Below, piece after piece: positions 33,254-40,124 of a DNA stretch of 40,124 bases (the stretch's first letter is position 1; each line of letters starts with the position of its first letter). This DNA comes from a virus (taxonomy: Duplodnaviria > Caudoviricetes): positions 1-40,124 of IMG/VR virus record IMGVR_UViG_3300005298_000001; one strand, 5' to 3'. Below the pieces are notes generated by a model. The model was not told the DNA's origin, ran no database searches, and saw only the letters and a list, made by a program, of their open reading frames with translations. The translations under genes and the position numbers were made by a program.

Positions 33254-35050
33254 ATGGACGTCTTGAAGCAAATTTCCAAGGATGTTGCCCTGAGGGAGCT
33301 GGGCTCCCTCAGAGCCCTCGTCAAGACCGTTGGGAAAAGGTACGAGAGCAAGGTCATCCACCTCTTCTCGTACCTCTGGAAAAGAGGCGAGATACTGACG
33401 CAGGCCGACCTCAACAACGTCGTTGACCTCGTGCACCTCGCGTTCATCTACACCAGGACCAAGAGCAAGGACAGCGCGCTCAGAATAGCCCACGACGTCA
33501 TAAACTCGCGCTCAATCACCGACCAGCAGAGAAAAACCCTCTACAAGGTCTTCGAAAACGCGTCGCTGCTCTTCATCAGCGACACCAGCGACGACGCTGA
33601 CAGCAACAGCAGCAGCGACAGCAGCAACTCAACCAACAGCAGCCCAGAAGAACAAAAGAGCGACGAGCCAGCAGAGGATATCCGCAAGGTCATAAACGCC
33701 ATGGTCAGGAAAGATGAGGAGGAGAAGCTGAGGAAAAAGCAGGAGAACGCTGACATGCGCCAGGTCTTCGCCATAGCCCAGAAGGTCTTCAACAGGTGCG
33801 GGTTCGAAGGAACCGCGCCCAGAGCGTTCGCTATGGCGCTGAGACCCAAGCTGAAGGAGTTCGGCGAGGAGCTCGTGCTCGCCTGCGCCGAGCTATTCAG
33901 CGACAGAAACACCAGAAGCCAGTTCACCTGGAAACTCTTCATATCGCAGGTCAACGCGCTCGCACCAATAGCAAGAATATCGTCCTCGCCGTTCATCATC
34001 GCAAAGAAAGCACTCGTCGAGAAGCTATATAACTCCCTGACCTCAAGAAACGACCGAATCACAGCAGACTCATACATCCTCCTCTACAAAACGCCATACG
34101 TCGCAATCAAAAGGAAAATCGACGAGCTCAGAACACTGCAGGACGCCAGGCTCCTGCCAAGACTCCAGACCATCGTCGAGAGAGCATACAGGGAGTTCAG
34201 GTCACTGCCAAGAGAGGAACAGGAAAAACAGGTCGCTCTCTCAAAACAACTTATCCTCGAGGACTTCCAAAAGCACAAAATCCCCGTCCCACCACCACAG
34301 CCCAAAACCAAAAATGAGCCTAAGAAAGAAAAAAAGGAGGATAAACCTATGCAAAAACAAAATATTAGCGAAAATCAACAAAAAATTGCTAGCACTGAAC
34401 ATAATGTTGCGCCCACCAGGAGCGACAAGAGCACCAAGCCTGCCAACAAGAACTTCTCAAAGTTCGCAGAGTGGGCAAGAAACATAGTAACCTTCATCAT
34501 CAACGAGAAAACCAATCCCAAAACCACGCCAATCGACAGGGAGAACGCTCTGCTCCAGCTCCGAACGCTCGCCATCCTCTTCGGCCTCGGACCACACGAG
34601 GAGAAACGCATCAAAAAGGTCCTGATCGCGCTGCTGTCCGAGGTCCACACGCCAAGAATCAGAGAGTACATGACCGACATCAAGGATAGGATCTCCGTGA
34701 GACTCGCAACATCAAAGAACTTCAAGGAGCTCGCAACAGACCTGCTCGACGCAACAGACGTCATCGAGAAGAGAACAGACCTCACCGACGAGGACTTCGC
34801 AAAGGTCATAATGGCCGTCCTGCTAAGCTCGTTCGCAAGGTACCTCATGCTCACAAAGTTCCCACCAGACGAAAACGACACCAAAAAGCCAATCAACCAG
34901 AGCTGGGAGCAGAGGAAAAAGAAAATCGAGGAGTACAAGCAAATCCTGCACTCGCTGCCAACATTCGAGGAAAAGTTCAACTTCGTCATGCAGATCCTAA
35001 CGTCAGATGAAAGCAAACTCAAAAGCGCAGAAGAGGTGCTGAGAAAGTAG
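33254..35050 (+). CDS. Large helical protein, possible replication initiator / replisome organiser
   Basis: Position after the SSAP; S/D/N low-complexity linker; LKEFGEELVLACAE segment reminiscent of DnaD-like domains (weak). The ORF is secure, the function is not. Confidence 0.5.
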   Translation: MDVLKQISKDVALRELGSLRALVKTVGKRYESKVIHLFSYLWKRGEILTQADLNNVVDLVHLAFIYTRTKSKDSALRIAHDVINSRSITDQQRKTLYKVFENASLLFISDTSDDADSNSSSDSSNSTNSSPEEQKSDEPAEDIRKVINAMVRKDEEEKLRKKQENADMRQVFAIAQKVFNRCGFEGTAPRAFAMALRPKLKEFGEELVLACAELFSDRNTRSQFTWKLFISQVNALAPIARISSSPFIIAKKALVEKLYNSLTSRNDRITADSYILLYKTPYVAIKRKIDELRTLQDARLLPRLQTIVERAYREFRSLPREEQEKQVALSKQLILEDFQKHKIPVPPPQPKTKNEPKKEKKEDKPMQKQNISENQQKIASTEHNVAPTRSDKSTKPANKNFSKFAEWARNIVTFIINEKTNPKTTPIDRENALLQLRTLAILFGLGPHEEKRIKKVLIALLSEVHTPRIREYMTDIKDRISVRLATSKNFKELATDLLDATDVIEKRTDLTDEDFAKVIMAVLLSSFARYLMLTKFPPDENDTKKPINQSWEQRKKKIEEYKQILHSLPTFEEKFNFVMQILTSDESKLKSAEEVLRK

Positions 35051-35101
35051 TGTTGTTGCCCCCCAGGGGGCTTGCCCCCCTTAAACTAACTAGGAGGAGG
35101 T

Positions 35102-35431
35102 ATGAACCAACAAGTCAAAACCCTCGTTAACTCAATGATTAAGCACGTGAACCAAACTAAAGACCATAGCCAGCTCAACAAAATAATCACGCTGGCAAAA
35201 GACCATAACCTCACACAAACCTTGTTCCTCTCAAAAGAATTACCACCACAGAAACTAAACACCCTCTTGTTTTCATTATCAAAAGCAAAAAACGAAATAG
35301 AGTTCATAGTCAATAGCTCCAACACCAAAACACACGTCATCGCAAAAGCCCCAGCACTGCCCTCAGACTTCATCGTCCAGTCGGTCGCAACACTCATAAG
35401 CTCAGGCTTCACACTGCACGAACTCGAATAA
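35102..35431 (+). CDS. Hypothetical protein
   Basis: AGGAGGAGG RBS, 109-aa ORF. Confidence 0.8.
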   Translation: MNQQVKTLVNSMIKHVNQTKDHSQLNKIITLAKDHNLTQTLFLSKELPPQKLNTLLFSLSKAKNEIEFIVNSSNTKTHVIAKAPALPSDFIVQSVATLISSGFTLHELE

Positions 35432-35432
35432 C

Positions 35433-35488
35433 CTATCTATCTATTGCACGTAATGGTCCAAGCGACCATATTAGCCAGGAGGTGGTTT
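35433..35488 (+). promoter_or_regulatory. Cassette element (CTATCTATCT, ATGGTC-CAAGC-GACCAT, RBS)
   Basis: Same order and similar distance to the ATG as the elements at 5 and 366. Confidence 0.6.
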
Positions 35489-36667
35489 ATGTTGATGAAC
35501 GGAAAACTTCTAGTGGGAAAGGAAAGCAGGAGGGGCGGTTATCTTACCGCCCCCGATGAGCCCTTCGCACTCCCAGCGAGGGGCTATACTGTCTCAGAGG
35601 GAGTCAAGTATTTTTGCACTCCCTCTGGGAGTTTTGTTGATAAGAGAGGAGTAAAAATCAACGTTTACACTCCTCTCTTTTCGGAAGCCTCCCTGGTCTT
35701 ATCAAATGGGAGGTTTATCCTTAGGTTCTATTTGTATGGCAAGCCCGTCCGTGAAATCGAAATCCCTGTTGTAGCGGCAGCGGAGGAGGATGTTTATGGC
35801 GTGAAAAAGATAGAGATGAGGCCTGATTACAACCATCAGGCCATAAATTTCGTTAGGGAAATTGGCATCCCGTTCAGGGATGATACTTTGAGAACGAGAA
35901 AGATTGATTACATCCCAACAGTGACAATTGATAAATTTTTCGAAAATGTTGTCAACAGTTTGTTTAATGGAACTGAACAGTACTTATCTTTTTTGGAAAG
36001 AAAGGAAAAACTAGAAAAGATAACGAGGCGGCTTTCTGCGAAAGCCGCTTATTTGGAGTGGTTGATAAAAAGGAAAAAGCTCGATAGGTTCATTACTTAT
36101 GATGGTAAGCTTTGTATAAAGCTCAAGACAAAAACAAACTACTTTCAAAGAAAATACGGGGACCCGACTGAAAGAATGGAGTACATAGTTACTCCTGAGG
36201 GTGTGTATGGAAAAGCCCTCAGGTGTGAAGCATATGAAACCGTGTATGAAAACCAATGGGTAACGAGAGTAGATGAAGTTATTTATTATACCCCTGTCAA
36301 CACTGTTAGGGCTAAGAGAACCCAGAAAATGCTACAGCATGTTCTTGGTAATCTCGACGAGTATTACAGGAAAGTTACGGAAACCAAAACAAGAATACAG
36401 AAAGCGATTGATGCAATTGAGTCTACAGAGAGAAAATTACTAAGCGAACTTCAAGAGCTTAGGAGAAAGATGGAAAAGCTTTATTCAATAGTGGCGATAT
36501 GCTCTGATGCATTCAAAGGAGATCAGCTCGTGCAACTTGCATGGGATGATGTTCAAGAGGAATATGAACACGATCCATACATTTTTGAGTTTGTTGAGAG
36601 AGAGAGAGTATTTGCTGAAAAACTAGTAAAAAGACTAACAATGTTGATTTCTGAAGGGGTGGCCTAG
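35489..36667 (+). CDS. Hypothetical protein with C-terminal coiled coils (accessory)
   Basis: AGGAGGTGG RBS, ATG 35489. Confidence 0.85.
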   Translation: MLMNGKLLVGKESRRGGYLTAPDEPFALPARGYTVSEGVKYFCTPSGSFVDKRGVKINVYTPLFSEASLVLSNGRFILRFYLYGKPVREIEIPVVAAAEEDVYGVKKIEMRPDYNHQAINFVREIGIPFRDDTLRTRKIDYIPTVTIDKFFENVVNSLFNGTEQYLSFLERKEKLEKITRRLSAKAAYLEWLIKRKKLDRFITYDGKLCIKLKTKTNYFQRKYGDPTERMEYIVTPEGVYGKALRCEAYETVYENQWVTRVDEVIYYTPVNTVRAKRTQKMLQHVLGNLDEYYRKVTETKTRIQKAIDAIESTERKLLSELQELRRKMEKLYSIVAICSDAFKGDQLVQLAWDDVQEEYEHDPYIFEFVERERVFAEKLVKRLTMLISEGVA

Positions 36668-36687
36668 CCATCCCTAAAAAATTAAGG
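36655..36687 (+). repeat. Hairpin + RBS repeat AGGGGTG(G)C-CTA-GC(C)ATCCCTAAAAAATTAAGG; second copy at 36898-36928, variant at 38259-38286
   Basis: Direct comparison of the three gene junctions. Confidence 0.85.
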
Positions 36688-36696
36688 GGGTAGCGT

Positions 36697-36909
36697 ATGA
36701 AGGAAAAGGAATTTGTTGAAAGGTTCGGCTGGGTAGTTAACAATGTTAACTACCTGGTCAAAAAGTACGGCTTCCCAGAGGTGGTCGATGAGCTAATCGA
36801 CATACTCTGGGAGCAGTACTACATGCCAAACCCCGCCTATAGCCGTGGTGACATCATCTCGGCTATAGGTGAGCTTGAGGCTTTCAAAAATAGTCTAAGG
36901 GGTGCCTAG
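36697..36909 (+). CDS. Small hypothetical protein flanked by ~30-bp direct repeats
   Basis: 70-aa ORF, AAGGGGG RBS. Confidence 0.8.
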   Translation: MKEKEFVERFGWVVNNVNYLVKKYGFPEVVDELIDILWEQYYMPNPAYSRGDIISAIGELEAFKNSLRGA

Positions 36910-36937
36910 CATCCCTAAAAAATTAAGGAGGAGGTTT

Positions 36938-37486
36938 ATGACAAGGGAGAGGTTTTATAAGGAATTTGGAAAGCCACAGGATTACGGTGTTCCTGTGGTC
37001 AACGAGGCCAGCAGAGTTATCGAGGTTGTTAGGTTGGATACAACCTACAACCTCATGCTTAACAGTTACAGGAGTTTACCCGAGGATAATTACAAAACGA
37101 AAATGATGGCGATATGGAGCCAGGCAGTCAAGGATAATTTGGAGGCTCTTAAAGATATATCCCCAGAGGAGGTGCTAGAACAAAGTAAGATAGCCAAAGA
37201 ACTGCTTAAACAGGGATACGATGTAAAGCTGGAACTAAGGCTAGTACCTCACTACCTGCCAAACGGTGAGGTACACCACTGGACACTCTACGGGGTCTTC
37301 AGTGCCTCGGTAGAGGCACTAAGGTGCTACTGGGACACTCATTCTAAGCAAAAGGTGTTTATTTTCACGAAGGACGGCGTTATGGAGATAAGACATGCTC
37401 CGTTTACTTTGCCAGATGCAACGAACCCTGTTGGGTTTGTTGGTGTTGATGCTCAGGATGATGCCATCATCCTGAGCGAGATCTAG
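36938..37486 (+). CDS. Hypothetical protein (accessory)
   Basis: AAGGAGGAGG RBS before ATG 36938. Confidence 0.85.
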   Translation: MTRERFYKEFGKPQDYGVPVVNEASRVIEVVRLDTTYNLMLNSYRSLPEDNYKTKMMAIWSQAVKDNLEALKDISPEEVLEQSKIAKELLKQGYDVKLELRLVPHYLPNGEVHHWTLYGVFSASVEALRCYWDTHSKQKVFIFTKDGVMEIRHAPFTLPDATNPVGFVGVDAQDDAIILSEI

Positions 37487-37494
37487 GAGGAATC

Positions 37495-38259
37495 ATGAAG
37501 TTAGAGTTCTCACTTGATTCCCAGAGCATCAAAGATGCTCTGGGAATCCTGACCTCGCTTGCAGACGGCGAGGATGACAAACGATTCGATAATATACTCT
37601 TCCACATCAAGCACGATAAACTCAACCTCGTCGCAACCAACAACGCCGCAATCCTCATCTATTCCATCCCCGTTACTCCCACGCAGACCGATATCAAATT
37701 CACGGTTCCCAAAAGCATCGTCAGAAACCTCAAAAAAAGCCTGACTGACAACCCTCGCACCACCATAGCAATCAACAAAAACATCTACATCAACAACATC
37801 TCAGTTCCGCTTAAAAACGAGTTCCCCGACTACGAAAACACCATGTCAAAGTACATTAGTCACAAGCACAGGCCTGTCACCGTTGCAACAAATGCCTTCC
37901 TGAGTTCGCTCAGAAAGGCTTGCTATGCCATGAGTGGAAAAGATTTGCCACCCTACGCGCAAATCCACATCACCAACGACACCCTAACCGTTACTCCAGG
38001 CTACTACATCCTTTTCAGAGAGTTCTCGGTGTCTATGCCATGCGCCTCAGACATCAACATCACCCTGTACTTCAACTTGCAGCTACTACTGTTCTACTTC
38101 CGACACCTCCTCTCGGGAGATAAAACAACCATGTGGATTTATAAAAAGGCTTACCCCGTTGTATTCAGCAACAGCGAGTCTGGCTTCACTAACCCCACCT
38201 ACGCAGTAATGCCTCTCAGAGACCCACTACTTTACATCATGCCGTCTAATCTAGCTTAA
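37495..38259 (+). CDS. DNA polymerase III beta-clamp-like protein, two-domain (254 aa)
   Basis: ILFHI....LNLVATN, FTVPK, EFPDY, LYFN..LL, PVVF and YAVMPLR correspond to DnaN middle and C-terminal domain motifs. Confidence 0.8.
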   Translation: MKLEFSLDSQSIKDALGILTSLADGEDDKRFDNILFHIKHDKLNLVATNNAAILIYSIPVTPTQTDIKFTVPKSIVRNLKKSLTDNPRTTIAINKNIYINNISVPLKNEFPDYENTMSKYISHKHRPVTVATNAFLSSLRKACYAMSGKDLPPYAQIHITNDTLTVTPGYYILFREFSVSMPCASDINITLYFNLQLLLFYFRHLLSGDKTTMWIYKKAYPVVFSNSESGFTNPTYAVMPLRDPLLYIMPSNLA

Positions 38260-38294
38260 GGGATGCCATGCATCCCTAATTTAAGGAGGTATGT

Positions 38295-38624
38295 ATGGTG
38301 TTTGAAAAATACTATAAGCAGTGCGAAAGCCTCAAGATGATAAGAGTCCTCCAGGAGTGGGGCGTCCAGATCATACCGCCAGCCCTCAAGTGCTCAAGCC
38401 CTGAATGGTTCTCCACCACCCAAGTGGCCTACAGCTACCCCATCCTCGAAAACGCAGAGCCAACGGTCAAAAGGTCACTTAAGTTCCTCGTCATAGCGCT
38501 GCCGCTGGACTGGAAGTCCAAGTTCGTCTCAGACTACGTCATCCAGAACATTTCCTCAAGCGAGGAACTGGAGCTCTTCCTCGCAGCACTCGCAGCAAAC
38601 CTAAAGAAAAATGCTACTAGGTGA
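38295..38624 (+). CDS. Hypothetical protein
   Basis: AAGGAGGT RBS, 109-aa ORF. Confidence 0.8.
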   Translation: MVFEKYYKQCESLKMIRVLQEWGVQIIPPALKCSSPEWFSTTQVAYSYPILENAEPTVKRSLKFLVIALPLDWKSKFVSDYVIQNISSSEELELFLAALAANLKKNATR

Positions 38625-38746
38625 GACCCTGCTCCCAGGGGACGGTAGGACATCCCCTTACCGCCCCCTATCGCCTATCTAACAGCCACGCCAAGGCCAG
38701 ACCCCAAGCCACACCTACACCACAGCCCACCCCAAAACATCATCAA

Positions 38747-38862
38747 CTATCTATCTAACTATCTATCTTTCCTTATCATGGACTCTCGTACCATGTTTAG
38801 CGGAGCCGGAGGCTGCCAGCCAGAGGCTTCAGGCTGGCAGCAGGCTCCTATAGGAGGGTTGT
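38747..38862 (+). promoter_or_regulatory. Extended cassette element: two CTATCTATCT, ATGG...TACCAT, GGAG/A internal-loop hairpin, RBS
   Basis: CTATCTATCT at 38747 and 38759; hairpin at 38802-38848. Confidence 0.7.
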
Positions 38863-39966
38863 ATGTTTGAGTCCATAAAGAAGCTAGTCGATTCTCGTGT
38901 TACTACTGACATGTTGAATAAGTGTATCGTAAAGGAAGTCCAGGCTGTAGGTGGCAGTGTGGTCTATAGTAGTTTACCTTTTTCTTATGAGGTGGATTAC
39001 AGGGATAACGGCTATAGGATTCCTAAGGTTGCTCTCAGGATTCCGTTGTCGATATATATAAGGATGGGTGGAAAAGAGGCTGTCATTTCGAATGTTGTCT
39101 CTTTTCCTACTTGTAACTATCTAGTTACCAATAGGAAACTAATAGGTGAGTTTCTCAAGGTCTTCGATCAGGAGAAAGGGATAATACTAAGTGTTGACAG
39201 GAAAATGCTAAGGGATGCTCTCACGTTTGCTGCTAACATTGTTCCGAGAGATCCTAAAGAGGATTTCATTAGTGATGATTATAGAGAGATGTTTTCTAGA
39301 ATATACTTTCACTATACTAACGGTGTTCTGAGAGTTATTGCTTCAGATTCTCGTTCTCTTTTTGTTTATTCACTCCCAGTCAATTCAGTCAGTTCAGATA
39401 CTGAAGTTAAGTTCTCTGTGCCAGGAGATGCTGTGAGAACATACCTTTTGTGTTCAAAAAAGAATAGAAATAAAACGGTAACACTAAATATCAAGGATCA
39501 CTACGTTCTGTTTGATGATATTGCTGCAGGTACGGGTAAGGATCATAAATTCCTTCCTTACCAAAAGGTCTATGAAGGTATGAATGATATGCTTAAGAAT
39601 CAAAGAAATCGAATAACACTGCGTTTTTCAAAAGAATTCATTTGCGATTTATATCAACAGTTATATCAACATCGGTTCTCTTATTTGAAGGTTTGTATCA
39701 ACTATGACAAGGTTGAAATCATACCATTTTACGATAATGGAATGTTCGTTTTCGTTTCTGAGTACGTTGTGCTTCAAGGCTATACTATACCGATACGGAA
39801 TTCCAGTAATGTTAGTGCTACCTTATATTTGAGATTTAAGACAATACTTCCGTACCTTAAAAGAAACAAAGATGTTGAGGTTGATGTTTACATAGGCAAG
39901 GATGATATCATCCTTCCTATGTCAAATTCAGTCTTCTCAGTCTTCTCATTGGATTTAAATGTTTAA
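38863..39966 (+). CDS. Second, more divergent beta-clamp-like protein (367 aa)
   Basis: VDRKMLRDAL, IYFH....LRVIASDSRSL, FSVPG and KFLPYQKV resemble the DnaN middle domain; length matches full DnaN. Confidence 0.65.
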   Translation: MFESIKKLVDSRVTTDMLNKCIVKEVQAVGGSVVYSSLPFSYEVDYRDNGYRIPKVALRIPLSIYIRMGGKEAVISNVVSFPTCNYLVTNRKLIGEFLKVFDQEKGIILSVDRKMLRDALTFAANIVPRDPKEDFISDDYREMFSRIYFHYTNGVLRVIASDSRSLFVYSLPVNSVSSDTEVKFSVPGDAVRTYLLCSKKNRNKTVTLNIKDHYVLFDDIAAGTGKDHKFLPYQKVYEGMNDMLKNQRNRITLRFSKEFICDLYQQLYQHRFSYLKVCINYDKVEIIPFYDNGMFVFVSEYVVLQGYTIPIRNSSNVSATLYLRFKTILPYLKRNKDVEVDVYIGKDDIILPMSNSVFSVFSLDLNV

Positions 39967-39972
39967 TCTAAA

Positions 39973-39998
39973 AGGGATGGTACACTTGTACCATCCTT
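39973..39998 (+). promoter_or_regulatory. Cassette hairpin GGATGGTACA-CT-TGTACCATCC
   Basis: Directly after the stop codon; near-identical to 1169-1194. Confidence 0.7.
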
Positions 39999-40003
39999 CT
40001 ATT

Positions 40004-40124
40004 GTACCTATCTATCTTTTCAAAAGATGGATGGGTACCATCCTAGCAAAGGAGGGGCGTATGAAACTAGAGTATTTGGTTAATCGAGTTTATCTTCCCA
40101 ACGGTAAGACACTCCTCCGTTACA
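40004..40124. repeat. Duplicate of bases 1-121 (assembly overlap)
   Basis: Exact identity. Confidence 0.95.

Noticed and set aside
33575-33650. CAGCRAC-type repeats as lambda-like iterons in the putative initiator
   Set aside because: Adequately explained by Ser/Asp/Asn codons in a low-complexity linker; no adjacent AT-rich unwinding element and no skew flip.
40004-40124. 121-bp terminal repeat as a biological terminal repeat
   Set aside because: It ends mid-gene and has a k-mer-like length; most simply an assembler circular overlap. True termini need read data.
1-40124. Alternative genetic code, tRNA genes, integrase/lysogeny module
   Set aside because: Standard code gives dense, intact genes using all three stop codons; I saw no tRNA cloverleaf or recombinase motifs by eye (a tRNAscan run would confirm).

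Overview
The window is an apparently complete, circularly assembled tailed-phage genome of about 40,003 bp (bases 40004-40124 repeat bases 1-121). The minus strand from 31827 to 6728 carries a podovirus-type late operon: HTH regulator, TerS-like protein, TerL, portal, scaffold, major capsid, decoration protein, tail adaptor and nozzle, three ejection proteins (one of 2864 aa), tail fibre, GH108 endolysin and holins. The plus strand carries (i) a recombination/replication block at 32291-35431, (ii) an accessory region running from 35433 through the assembly junction to about 1930, and (iii) a middle block at 3228-6772 with an antirepressor-like protein, a nuclease, a Dam-like MTase and a clear AcrIII-1 (DUF1874) ring nuclease. 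I recognised no DNA polymerase, helicase, primase, integrase or tRNA. Bacterial promoters, GGAGG ribosome-binding sites, GH108 and the E/K/R/V-rich proteins suggest a diderm, probably thermophilic bacterial host (inference). The most unusual feature is the accessory region. Small orphan genes sit in cassettes delimited by a repeated CTATCTATCT / GGATG(GTAC)...(GTAC)CATCC hairpin / RBS element, and their coding sequences are dense in long hairpins. Two leaders share a covarying GGAG/A internal-loop structure, several of the genes look like diverged paralogues, and two divergent beta-clamp homologues are embedded in the region. All family calls are from motif recognition by eye, not from database searches.
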